This document shows positions 35,169 through 47,594 of a stretch of DNA of 64,000 bases, piece by piece (position 1 is the stretch's first letter; the number at the start of each line of letters is the position of its first letter). The stretch is from Rhodosorus marinus CCMP1338 (Eukaryota > Plantae > Rhodophyta). A program made the translations under genes and the position numbers. Where the stretch lies: NCBI GenBank assembly GCA_029953675.1, contig JAMWBK010000005.1, forward strand, positions 2,480,001-2,544,000, in the 5' to 3' direction. Below the pieces are notes generated by a model. The model saw only the letters and a list, made by a program, of their open reading frames with translations, was not told the DNA's origin and ran no database searches.

Positions 35169-36647
35169 TCAGTCGGTGGAAACTGTGCTCACTACAGAGC
35201 CCTCTCCAGAAAATCCTTCCATGCTAGCGGAGCTAAACAAGAATCCAGGAATCGTAGGGTTCTTTGGAAGCTTCTTCTCTCCAGGAAACATTGCTGCCAT
35301 CACCTTCGGAAAACCTCCATCCCAGAATCCCTCCTTTTGAGCCCTGCTGGCAGTCCCTCTACTTCTCTCAAGGCTTGCCAAGGAGTCGCAGGACATTTGC
35401 CTCTCCCGATGTGTGTCACGGACGTCTCTTAGAAAACCTTCATTCCTGCTGTACACGGCTTCCCACGAGACTCCAGAGAAAAATGCATGCTCTCTCACTT
35501 CATCAAAGGACATGCGGTTCGCTCCATCTACATCCATCAAAGATCTGATAAGACTTTGAGCGTCTGCTGGAACATCCTCCGGGAAAAACAATCTTCCGGC
35601 GCTAACCGATTTGAAATACTTCTCCCTGTTCTTTGCGTAATATGGAGTGCGCCCAACAATAAGCATAAATATCAAGCAGCCCAGGGAGTACTTGTCCACG
35701 TTAAATCCGTAGCGCTTGCCCTCCACAACCTCAGGGGCCATATATCCCAGCGTGCCGCAAAAGCTCTGGGTAAGTATCGGGTCCACCCCAATGAATTTGG
35801 ACAGGCCAAAGTCCGCAAGTTTCACGTGTCCTTCCGAGTCCAACAAAATGTTCTCAGGTTTCAAGTCTCTATATACAATTCCGTTCTGGTGCAAATCCTC
35901 CAGAGCCACGACAGTCTCTGCCACGATCTGTTTCAATTGCTTCAAACTAAGACGGTAATTTCTCTTCCGCATGTACTTCTCCAGGTCCCCTCCGGAGCAA
36001 TACTCTGTGACAATGTACAAGTTGTCTTCGCTCTGGAAAGCAGAGTGAAGCTTAACGAAGAAAGGATTTTGTCCCACCAACTCCAGCGTTAGGCGCTCGT
36101 TGATTAGCCTCTTCAAAGCCTTTTCATTGGACATTCTGGACTTTTCCATTACTTTGATGGCCACCTTTGCGCCGGTTGCCTTTTCTACTGCAAGGTAAAC
36201 AGCTCCAGTAGCTCCCTTGCCTATCACTTTCAAGACCTCAAAGTCTTTCATTGATACTGCCTGGAGCTCAGCTGCACACAGAATGCTCTCTCGCCAGCAT
36301 TTATATTTGTCGGCTTCAGGTTTGATCGTGAAGCTCATCTTGTCCGAGTAGAAACACGTGACAGTGCGATTCTTATCGCTATACTCTACCTGGCTAAACT
36401 CAAGCGGAAACGAGAACAGCTCTTCCTTCTTTCCCATCGCCTTCGCGTGAAACACCAAGGTAGTGCACCTCAGCTCCAGAAATACTTGCTCCCAATCCTT
36501 TGCAAAGAAATGCTTCTTGAACGTCGCCAAAACATAGCCACTCAATACAACTGGTTGTCGCAGAACAAGCCTCTGCCACTCCTCTGACATATTCGTGGTT
36601 TTCACCACAGGAGAAACAAACTCTTCAATCATCTTCTTCGACTCCAT
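35169..36647 (-). CDS. AGC-family Ser/Thr kinase with an N-terminal PH-like domain, single exon
   Basis: PH-like SGYV...KDWEQVFLEL...WRESI, then DFEVLKVIGKGATG, VAIK, YRDLKPENILLD, DFGLSK, SFCGTLGYMAPE. Confidence 0.88.
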   Translation of the reverse strand: MESKKMIEEFVSPVVKTTNMSEEWQRLVLRQPVVLSGYVLATFKKHFFAKDWEQVFLELRCTTLVFHAKAMGKKEELFSFPLEFSQVEYSDKNRTVTCFYSDKMSFTIKPEADKYKCWRESILCAAELQAVSMKDFEVLKVIGKGATGAVYLAVEKATGAKVAIKVMEKSRMSNEKALKRLINERLTLELVGQNPFFVKLHSAFQSEDNLYIVTEYCSGGDLEKYMRKRNYRLSLKQLKQIVAETVVALEDLHQNGIVYRDLKPENILLDSEGHVKLADFGLSKFIGVDPILTQSFCGTLGYMAPEVVEGKRYGFNVDKYSLGCLIFMLIVGRTPYYAKNREKYFKSVSAGRLFFPEDVPADAQSLIRSLMDVDGANRMSFDEVREHAFFSGVSWEAVYSRNEGFLRDVRDTHRERQMSCDSLASLERSRGTASRAQKEGFWDGGFPKVMAAMFPGEKKLPKNPTIPGFLFSSASMEGFSGEGSVVSTVSTD

Positions 36648-39030
36648 CCTTCCCCAATAAAGACCGAGGGATCAGCCCAAAGCAGCCGCAATTCAAACGA
36701 ACAATTCCTCCCAAACGATCGTCACATCCCAAGCAATCTCATACCCATCTTCCTTTCCACCCTCGGAACTTGAGTTGTCAACCTGCTTTCACCTGTAACG
36801 GCGTTGGGGTCTGTTGGACGACAATCATTCCTGTCACAGTAACCAAACCCGTCTTTAACACTGCTACCTCGAAAAACCGGCGGCGGCCAACCCAACCCAA
36901 TCTCCTCATCACATGAACAGTGTTTATAGCAATCCCGAAACAGCCAACTTCAACCCCCACAAAAAAGCCGATGCTCCAGGTGTTTTGTAGGTACAAAACA
37001 CGTTCACCAAAAAATCCCCTTTCAGCAATAACCAGTCTCACAAATTCCAACTATTCGATTTTAGAGTAAATTACAAGACCCGACATTTAACTTCTTGACA
37101 AAAAACCAAAAAATCGACTGTTTTCGAACGGGGGTGGTCCTCCAAACCCCACCCAGCACGACCTGATAAATATTTCTTCATTGCTAGATACGAAAATGGC
37201 CACTCAACTGCCCCCTCCCTCTAACACTCACCGCCCCTCCAATTGATTCAATCAATTGATCAGTCATTTCAGGGGGATGTAGAAGTTTCGATGACTTAAT
37301 AGGTAAAGTTTCTTTTTTGGTGTAGAATCCGGAGAAAATCTTTTTGACCGGGGGTAGGGTCCTAACGACTTCATCAATTCTTCTGGTATTTAACCGCCCT
37401 TACATTAGCAAGCAGACAATAGCTTACCAGCGACTCCCCCTCCCCCCCAAGGGCAAAGGGTTTCCTGCATATTGACTATACTATATATAGTATGGAATAT
37501 GCTGTAACATATTAAAGTTTTGTAAAATATAAGGACCTCCTTATCCCAGCTATAAACATTCTCACGGAACGCAGCGAAGAAAATGGCTCAATGATTTCCC
37601 CACCTGTCCAACCTCTGATTCTATATTATCACTTACCCTCGATCGACCACCCCCCGCCCTTTGCATGAATAAGTGGAAGAATGTCCCAGAGCCCTAGCCT
37701 AGGTTGCCAATCAGTTTACCCTTGGCTGCTCTTAGAGTAAGCAATTGGCAATATCTTCCCCGGGGTGCAAAACAGCCACGTCTGTCCCCAAAAGATGGAA
37801 TGAGGTGCTAAATTGTCCTTAATTGTTTGCTGATGTGCTCGCACGAGGGGTTGTGATGATGCGAAACACCAGACTTAATCCGTTCTAATCAAAATTCGTT
37901 ATAGAATTTATATTAAACGGGATTCCTTCGTAGACGCAACACGGTAACCCCTGTAGTAAGCAAGATACATCGTGAAGTTGTTTTTTTTTATGAAACCGAG
38001 GGTACCTCAACAATACAGACATTAGTGCGAACTAAATTGCCTACAAAAAAAGGTCCTTTTTGCAGATTTAGCAAAGTAAAGCAAGGCGGGGCAGGTGGAA
38101 AATTATTTTTCCTTAGGCTATCCCCCCTGGAACTAATTTTTCAACAAAATCAATTTGAGAGCAAACATTTCCGCGGACAAGCCAAACTCCACGACAAACA
38201 AGCCAAGGGCAAGAAATACCCAATCGCTATGAAATATGGGGAATCACAAAAATTCAAAAAGATTTATTGGGGATTGAGTGTCTCATTTGGGTTTGGCTGT
38301 TTTGAGCAACTGACCATCTATTGTGACTTGTGGGTGTCATCCATTTATGATTGGTTACTTGAACGAAAAGCTCACGTTGATTGGACAATTTGAATTTATT
38401 CTGATTGGGACACTGTCAGTTAGTGAATTAAGGCTGACCTCGTCCGATATTTGGCCTGCCTTGCAGAAATCTTGGATAGCCGCTACTCCGAAAGGTTCCA
38501 CAGGAACTGTTTGGAAGGGTTCATGTATCAAATCTAGCTCAATATAGAACACGGAGTGGGTTACTTACAATAACCAAAAGACCATGAGTTTGTCCGTCAC
38601 TTATGGCGAAGCCAATTTTTGGACCAATGATAGTTGGATAAAACTCATGCCGTGTCTTCCCTTCTCTTAGAACACCCAACGGTGTCGTGATCAGGTTTCC
38701 CACGCATGACGAAACCGAACCGACTCTTCAAGAATTAAACGTGTTTTTGAGTATGTCAGTTGAACATCGCCAACATTCATCCCGAGCCAGTTAACTGCCG
38801 GCATGTGTTGAATGTATAGTTGAACGACGATTGTGGGGATGGTGCTCTGCGCTGGTCGATGAAAACGGTCTGCTTCTCGTTATCACTCGCAGGAAGATTT
38901 TATTTTACATAACAGGTGATATGCTGTCCCGGTGCACAACGTAGATCCATACGTCGCGCGTCAAGACGCGACGATTAGAGCTTGTACCCAGATGTACGCG
39001 GAGCTCTAAAGCTAACTAGTGCCTTGTACA

Positions 39031-40317
39031 TTGGGTTGTCATAAAACGTCCGATAAAGGTTATCGGACGCATAGTGTGAAAGGTTTTTCGTAGGTAGTGA
39101 ATAGCGATGCAGATATGGGGGAGGTGCCTGTATAAAAGTATTCGAAAAAACCATACCGACTGAAAGTCGAAGAAAACTGTCCGGTATTCAATCAACTTAA
39201 TCCAATAGGTCCTGCTTCATGGAAGAGGTAGAAGTCCACCAATCTACTTTAAGTCGACTGAACCTCCTCAACTGGAAGATTCAGATTCCGACCGTTGTTG
39301 AACCTCACAAAACGGGGTATCGATGAACCTTCCAATTCCAATTCCCAGATTTTAGAAACCCCTCTTCGAAACAGAGTCTAGGCTTGCTCTCGAATGCACC
39401 GCCTGCGGTATACTTGGAATTGAACTTCAATGCTGTTGTAAAACCGCCAAATCCTCTGTCGCTGCCACCGTGCTGTGCTCACACCACCAATACAGTTGAA
39501 TGACTAACCTTCCTCATGTTGAAGTTCTTTAACACCTCATCGATACCCTGTCGCCCCCCCTCTCGATATTCCATTGTGTGATTCGATCAGACGTGAATGC
39601 AAAAAGCATCACAAAAAGCGGGTTGATAACTGCACTTCCTCTGCCTGGAGCGGAAAATTTGTGTCAATGCGCTTCGCAACGCTAGTAAGCCTTGCGAAGC
39701 TTACCAGGACTTTGGCTCACTAAAATGCTCTGGAGGTTGTCCAGTGTACGCCGGGGTGATGTCTCTGGTTCTGTTTCCTTTTTTGGCTTGGCGACATCCT
39801 ACTACAGACAAAAAAAACCGGCGCCACACGGTAGGCGATGAATCCCTGGGATGATCCAACCGACCAACTCCATAGGTTCCAGTTCCTTCGCAGCTTAGTT
39901 CTTAGATTAAAAAATCTCCTGCATTGCCATTGGCTCATCCCTTCAGTCTACAAATTTCTCTGTCTCTCACGCTATGGCTATTTGGACGGACTTCCCAATA
40001 TGTTCTTCTTCTTGTTCTTAGTCAGTAGCCTGTTGTTTCATGCTAGCGACGAGACTGTGCTCTTAAGTCCCAACACCCCACGGCCAGCCTTGGCGATGGG
40101 TCGCAGAAAAAAAGATTGAAGTCCAATACATAACCTTGTCGTTGATTGACGAATCCTATTTTTATTTATAATTCATGTCCGGTATTTTTTTTCTCGGACA
40201 CTAGAAGAGAACACACTAATTATTATGCAAATAATCTTCGGCTAACACCTTATCGGATTGTCCGATATCAATTAAACCTTATTGGACCAGGGCATATCGG
40301 ACATAGCTGACACCCTA
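39031..40317. mobile_element. Decayed non-autonomous DNA transposon, hAT-like ends, 1287 bp
   Basis: Left end TTGGGTTGTCA-N5-cGTCCGATAAAGG and right end (reverse complement) TAGGGTGTCA-N4-TGTCCGATA. GTACA direct repeat on both flanks (39026-39030, 40318-40322). At least 8 subterminal TGTCCGRTA-like motifs. Confidence 0.6.
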
Positions 40318-42513
40318 GTACAGAACGATGACAGAATATTAGAAATAAGTGTGTTTATTTTAAGTTTTATGAGAGCCTCGTGTCGGTTTTAGGTCATGAT
40401 ATGTATTTAGCTTTCTGCGGAACGAGCCAATTGTGAACTTTTTAGTCCTCGACCGCAATGAATATATTAGTACACAATATCCAACAGGTTGGAATTAGAC
40501 GTGTATTCCTTGATCTAGCTCAATACGGGATAAAACTAAGGTCTTTCACCTTGAAACCTGAGAGAAAAACCCTTACGGATATTTTGATATGTTAGGACAC
40601 GTGGATAATTTTAAGAAGCGTTCCGAAATAGTCATCTATATTATATTATTATTCTATATTTACCCTCCAATCAAACATAAACAAGACTTATTTTCGGATA
40701 CAAGAGCAAATTTGGAGCCTGGTCGGGTCGTCAACGTATATACATATTAATTGTATAGATTAAGATTTTTTGATCTTTTAGGAAATTTTGTAAGCCGACA
40801 TATTTCCACATGGGATTCTGTTGGCAACTCCCGTGCTTTGGCTTGATACTGGGAATCCTTTGCCGGATGCAGGATTGGAGGCTTGTTGTATTGATGGCAG
40901 CAAAAGCAAAAATATTAGTTCTCAACGTGTTTTGGTGTTGTTTTTTTTTCTCTTCGACTCTGCAGGTTGTTCAACGTTTTGATCGCGGTGGAAAAGGTGG
41001 TCAAAGAACAGCCTATGGGGTGGGCAGGGGTTTGTCGTGGCCGATACATTGAGAATGTGAATGATTAAGCACAGTTTCGGGTCCCCAGAATTTTCGAGCC
41101 GTTGGAAAATCTTTTACTGACACGCTACTAGTTTCACTTCGTTTTCGACCATGGCTGCTCTTGAGCGCCGTGATCCCATGACGCGCTTTAAATGTGCACG
41201 ACTGAGCTTGGGGCTATGGCGTTGGTTCTCCGGGGAACGAGGTTTTTACGTCCTCCTTAGCTTGTCCGGTTAGTATAACGAGGTTCCTAGTCTCGGCCTG
41301 GAGAGGTTCGAAAGAAAGACTAGATTTTTTTTGTCAGCGCACCAGGATGGACTGTCGTGCTCAAACGGCAACAATCAGTCTGTTCTCGCAATTCTTTGGA
41401 ACAAATGAGAACCCTGGCCCATCTGATCGTATCCATTACCCACTTCTTCGACTTCCATCTGTCGATGTTAGAAGTGAATCTATCCTGGCGGGTGGGGGGC
41501 TAATCGAAGTGCGCTCCAGCTCGAATCTGGTTCAATTCATATCCATCATCAAGCCCTGACTTGGCTCTGATACAGCTCGGCAAGAACAGTGCCGCGGGAT
41601 CGTTTAGTTTGTCGTTCCAACTTGGTGTCCATACATACTTGGCCGAACCGGACTCCATCTGTGTTTGAAGGGGGCCGACAGAACTCTGAAAATGCAAACG
41701 CTCCTACATAGAGAGAAGGGCAAATGAAGTAGTCATAGTTGGTGGCCATATTTTAGGTGCACTGGATTGTGTGGAGTAGTTGAGTACCGCCTGGGCTTGC
41801 CTCAATCACTGTCCTGGACGCCCCACAGTCTCGCTAGCACTGCGGCTGCTTATCCTTTGCCGTGTGCTGTTTGCCCTAATCATAGACGTTGCAGGAATCC
41901 CACGAGTAGTCTATCCAATACCAAGCCTGGCTACCACCAGTACTTTAGATTGAAGAAGAGCTGAAGCAATCATGGAGAAACTCGCGGAGCCGAGCCAGTT
42001 TTGTTGTTAAGGGCGACTTGACTTCTATGCGGAGCGAAGCAAAGTTTGTGCACGAACGAGAGTAGCTTGAAACTCCCCCTTGGCTACCTGATTTGGCAAC
42101 AGCCCGTTTGCTGAAGTACTGCGGCTTGTGCTTGCTTTTCGAGGCTATGAGCTTTGAGAAAACACGAAATGTACTCCTCGCACAACACAGCCAAGCGTTG
42201 CCGAATCGGCCACGATCACAGTTGGGATTTGCATATGTCCTCCGGAGCTGCTGCCATCGCTTGTCGACAACGCAATTCCTCCCGTCGTCCTTTTGCTTCC
42301 TCTAGTGGTCAAATTTCTCGCCGGAAGAGTGAATCAGAAACAATCGAACGCGGGCTTCGAGCGCAGCTTTCGGAGATGCCGCTGAGCATCGGATGAAGCA
42401 AGTGAAATTAAAGTTAAAAGTTGCTTTTTTTTTCAGAAATGACAAGAACGTGTAGCTCGCACGGCTAGACAGCTTTCATCATTAAATCAAATTTGGACAA
42501 ACAATAGCCTCTG

Positions 42514-44012
42514 CTAGTCCTTTTTGTCTGCCTCCAGCAAGGCGCTGTAGGTGCCAAGCTTCATTGGAGCGTCCTCCAGTCTGCGACGGTCGGTTGACAT
42601 AAGGATCTCCCTATGCGCTCGCAGCCGGATCGCGTTGATTCGAATGAATCCATCCGCGTCGCTGGGATCGTACCCCTCTGTGGATTCCATGCTAGCAATC
42701 TTCTCACTGTACAACGAGCTCGGAGAGTCCCTAGCAACCGCCATGCAGCTGCCCTTGAAGCAGATTACATCAACCCATCCGTCGATAAGTTCCTGAGACT
42801 TTTCAATTGCAGCGAGAAGGAAATCAGACTCAGGAGAGAACCAGAATCCGTTGTAAACGAGCTCGGAAAACTTCGGAGTCATCATATCCCGAAGTCGCAT
42901 CACTTCTCTGTCCATCGCGATTCCTAGACGATAGAAAGCAAATTCATTAAGTTTGATTCCATGGATTCTTTAATCCCAACTGGCCACGAAATACCCGAAT
43001 AGGAGCTCGTGATGCCTCACCTTCAATGTCGAGATGAGCGCATCTCAGAATAGTCATTCCAGGGGTCTCGTAGACTCCACGGCTCTTGATGCCAACAAAG
43101 CGATTCTCTACAATGTCGATTCTCCCGATTCCATGCTTCTTGGCAATGCGGTTCAGGAACAGGAACAGTTCCAACGGATCATCGTGGCTTTCCTCGGTCT
43201 CCTTACTGAGCACCTTCACAGGCATTCCGTCCCTAAACTCGATTCGAACCACTTCCGGCACATCCGGCCAGTTCTTGTAGTGCTCAGTCTTGGTGTACAT
43301 GTCCTCTTCTGGGGCTACTTTTGGATCCTCCAGCGAACCACTCTCGTAGGAAATATGCATCAAATTCTCGTCCATGGAGAATGGAGGCTTGTCTCCAGAT
43401 GGCATCTCAATACCATTTGCACGAGCGTAGTTTAGAAGATCTGTCCTGCCTTGGAACTGAGTCAGGAAAGTATTGTCCCTCCATGGAGCGATGACCTTGA
43501 TGTGGGGAGCAAGGGCGTAAAAGGTGAGCTCAAATCGGACCTGGTCATTTCCCTTGCCAGTTGCTCCATGAGAAACAAATTCAGCACCTATGAGATTCCC
43601 AAGTAAGCACCAGTGAGAGTTAGCATGATGGATCGTACCGAGGAGAAAAAGTTGAAATCGAAATGCTTGTCTTGGAGATCAACCAACCTTCCTTTGCAGC
43701 AATCTGTACTTGTCGCCTGGCGATGCACGGCCTCGCTAGTGAAGTACCCAAAAGGTATCTACCCTCATACAGAGCATTGGACTGCACCGCCGGGAAGATG
43801 AAGTCAGTAACAAACTCCTTCTTCAAATCCTCCACATACACCGCGGACGCCCCGAGGGCCTTGGCCTTTGCTTCAGCCTTTGCGAAATCATCATCCTGGC
43901 CGACATCCGCAATGTAGCATATAACATCATAACCCTGTTCCTGCAGCCATTTCAAAATCACAGAGGTGTCTAAACCTCCAGAATACGCCAACACTACCTT
44001 CCCACGAGACAT
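42514..44012 (-). CDS. ASS1: Argininosuccinate synthase (animal/fungal-like cytosolic type), 3 exons
   Basis: [90 protein letters not shown]. No transit peptide. Confidence 0.96.
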
Positions 44013-44784
44013 ACTCAGCAAACACAAATCCAAACCCTCAACCGTCCCCCTCCCACCCCACGCCCCAAAACAACAAAATAAAAGCCTTGCTTGATTTCGT
44101 CCGCTCTCAGCCCCTACTCGTTCAACATACTATCCTTATCAAGCGCTTACCCTTGCGAACTCTACCTTATCCCTCCCCCAAAACCCATTCTATTTATACG
44201 CATCCACTCGCAAGTCATTCCTCCATGCCCAATCCTCGTCGACTAATCTATCTCGTAAAAACGCAATTTACATCGCGGATCCCACCATCCAATGAGTTCC
44301 AAAGAAAATAATATATAATTAAAAAATTTTCAAGTGAGATCGGCCGTGAACTCCTTATTTCTTTCATTTCATCATAAAACCCTAAGCCATAAATTTATAC
44401 CCTCTGTATGATTTCACTAAAATTCATATATGGGGAATAATATTTTTGTTTTATGAGAATAGTGGTATATATGTATATATTCGCACCCCCTCCAGGGAAA
44501 ACAACCGAAATCGTTTGGAAACGACATGGAAAATTGAGTAAGAAAATTTTAACTAAAGTTCTTTATCTCGGCTATCCAATTGAGAGATGTTTAAAAGCTA
44601 GTCAGGGATATTAGAGGGTGCTTGTCCTGTGTCCTAGTCAATATAATGATTGTTTTTGCGATAATTATTTGTATTCGATTCTATAATTATGATAATAGGA
44701 TTTGTTGTATCCAATTAAGCGTGTTCCATTTTTCAATTTTATTTTAAAAAGGTAAAGGGCCGCTCACCTTGGGCGATAAACAGA

Positions 44785-44811
44785 GTGTAGGTTCGATTCC
44801 CATCAACGGCA
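44785..44811 (+). other. tRNA-like 3' fragment (T-arm/B-box plus acceptor-like strand), not a full tRNA
   Basis: GTGTAGGTTCGATTCCCATCAACGGCA with an exact B-box GGTTCGATTCC at 44790-44800. No complete cloverleaf can be folded. Confidence 0.3.
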
Positions 44812-45585
44812 CGGATAAATACCGACAAGCAGGTTTTTAGCTTTTCTGAAAGCTCTTCTTTCGAGCGACCGAGGCTTTGTAGGCATGAGCTGGTCTCTCT
44901 TAGACTAGGTTAGGAAGTAATATCCGTTCTGAAGTCGACCTAGGCACTGGACGGCCGCACAACGACCGATTTGATCCAGTTTCACTCAGCATTCGGAGGT
45001 GGCTGATATCGTGGCTTGATCTATTTTCTCTGCGCATGTCTATTAGCTGTTTGCAGCGCTGCCTTTAGCATTCTTGTTTGTCCTAACAAACATCTCGCAT
45101 GCCTCCACCGATCATCTCGCGCATACTTGAAGCAGGAACTGCCTGCCAGAGTCCAGCTACTCGAGAATCGAATCCGAGTAGAAGATATAGATTCTTGAGG
45201 AGAACTTAGCATGTACGGTATCAATGAGCAGGGGAACAGAGGTGGGAAGGAATACCTCTACCAATGCGCTTTGTTGAAATGGATTAGATAAGCTGGTGTC
45301 AGGAACATATCTCTAGCTTCTTGTGTGGCGATCTGTACATAGCTAGTGAGTTCAACGGATAGTTGTAGTCGGTTAAGTTTTGGTCTACAAGCGAGTGGTT
45401 GGTAGGTTAGTCGTCGTCTTGAGGTGTAGCAACGAAAGACTGGTTTGAAAAAGGGCAAGACGCACCGCTCGCTCAGAAGAAATGAGTGCTTAGGTTGTGG
45501 ATTCTTCGGGGCGGAGTTCCTGGTTGGTATTTGTGGATTGGAGGAATCCTAGCTAGAGTGTTTGGGTGATATTGGCAACGTGAGC

Positions 45586-47594
45586 ATGTCGTTTTCTGTC
45601 AAGCAGAAACAGAAGGCCATTCTCCGAGCTTTCTTTCGGAACGGAGGAGGGCAATGGAAGGTTTTGGTAGTAGACAAGAGGTCTAGTGAAATTGTGAGCG
45701 AGCTTTTCCGGGGAGAGGAATTGAGAAGGGAAGGAATCACAGTGTCGATTCCGCTTGATTCAAAGCGATCAGACAAGCTGGAATCGACGACAGGGCTCTA
45801 CCTGGTCGCTTCAAGTGCCGCCAACACAAAGCTGATAGCGGAAGATGCAAGAAACGAAATCCTCCAGAAGATGCACATATGTTTCCTATCAGATCCAGCA
45901 CCAATAGAGCAGCTCGTGGATTCAGTGATGAATCCGAAGCCCCCGAAATCCCTGCGTATCTCCGAGATCGTTACAGCCAGCTCGGACTTTCTCTGTCAAG
46001 GCGATAATCTTTTTTCACTGACTTCCCACACACACGCTCTGAAGCCCGAGACGCTCGCGCATGGCCTCACCTGTGTGCTTAGCATGCTTGGCGTGGTACC
46101 GATCATCCGAGCGGAGAAAGGAGGCGTGGCAGAGCAAGTTGGTGAAGTCCTCGCCGACCGGCTGCGTGCTGAGCTCTACATGGGCAAAATTGTTCAGAGG
46201 TCCTTGATATCGGTGAGAGGGTTTCATCCTGCCAATCTACTCCCCTACCAGAGCTCACATCTTTGGCTGAATGAATCACTTCCTCGTCGATTCCGTTGAT
46301 GTCTCACAGAGACCTCTGTTGGTCTTGACGGACAGAAGGAATAACTTATCTACGGCTCTCCGCCACCCATGGACGTATCGAGCGATGCTCTTCGATGTTC
46401 TCGGCCTAAAAGCGTCATCAGTGGAAGTCACAGTCCGAGACAAAGGAACGGACCGAAGTATCAAGTACAATCTGGACGAGGATGCCGATGAATTCTGGAG
46501 AAAGCATTCGACGAGCTCATTCCCAGAGGTTGCGTCTGCTATTGAGGCAGAGCTGAAAACTTACCTCGAAGAAGTCGCCGAGGTGAACAAACTCGGCTCC
46601 GACGTCTCTTCAGAGATTGCGTCGCTTCCTGATCTCGCGAAGCGTAAGGAGATGATCGACATGCACATGAACATTGCTACAGCTCTTCTGGACGAGATAA
46701 AAAGCCGGGGTCTGGATGAACTCTACCGGATAGAGGAGGACGCTGAGGCCGGTGTTGTGGATTGGAACGCAGTTATGTCAGTGATTAAGTCAGACCGTGG
46801 GACGAAAGAGGACAAGCTCAGATTGTTCCTAGTCTGCTTTCTGTCGGGTCCACCCATCGGACAGGTATTGGACTGATTCCGAATGCATACCCGAAGGTCC
46901 AACGGAAGTCGGTGGTTCTATCTCTGAGTCTGCAGTGTGTCTCTGACTCTATCGTCACCATTTTTTTGTAGGCGGAACTCGACGAGTACAGGCAGGCCTT
47001 GGAGGCCGCTGGCTGCGAATCTAGTCCAATCGAATATGCTTTGCCTTTGAAAGGGCTGGCGAAATCAGTGCCCCCCCCAGCCAAGTCTGACACGAGGAGA
47101 CTCGGCCTCATGGTGTCTGGACTTGTACAGCAGGGCAAGGCCAACCTCAAGAAAGGCGTAGCAGAGGTCGCTCAGAACTTTAACAAACTTATGACTCTGT
47201 CCAGGGCAAATGCAATGCCCTTGACTCGAATCGTGGACAGCTTTGTTGAGCTCAAAGGGGGATTCGACAACTCGTGAGCCGACCCCGCCGTATAAAGCTC
47301 TCGTCTTATCCGTCTCCGCACTATCATCCCAATGTCAAATCTGAAGACGAAGCCGCGCATTTACGTTTGTGCCCCAGGTTCACTTATCACGATCCTAAGG
47401 TTAAGTCGGGCGCAGTTGAGAACGGTCCACGCAACCTGATGCCGTTTCAAGATGCGATCGCCTTCGTGGTTGGGGGAGGAAACTATATCGAATACGAGAA
47501 TTTGATGGAGCATTTGCATGGCCGCAGTGTTGTCTACGGAGCGTCCTCACTCCTTGGAGGCTCCCAATTTTTAGGAAGCCTTAGCGATCCATAG
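45586..47594 (+). CDS. SLY1: Sec1/Munc18-family protein Sly1, multi-exon
   Basis: SVKQKQKAIL...WKVLVVD...LRREGITV, GVVPIIRA, RPLLVLTDR..NLSTALRHPWTYRAMLFDVL, IDMHMNIATALLDEIKSR, AIAFVVGGGNYIEYENL. Confidence 0.92.

Noticed and set aside
37852-37950. C-box word GTGATGA suggesting a C/D snoRNA
   Set aside because: No D box (CTGA) at a suitable distance and no terminal stem.
41500-41700. PDLALIQL fragment resembling a trypsin-like protease
   Set aside because: The frame is bounded by stops and the catalytic His and GDSGG motifs are absent.
44755-44900. Intact or permuted tRNA gene
   Set aside because: No D-arm, anticodon arm or complementary 5' acceptor strand found on either side; kept only as a low-confidence relic.
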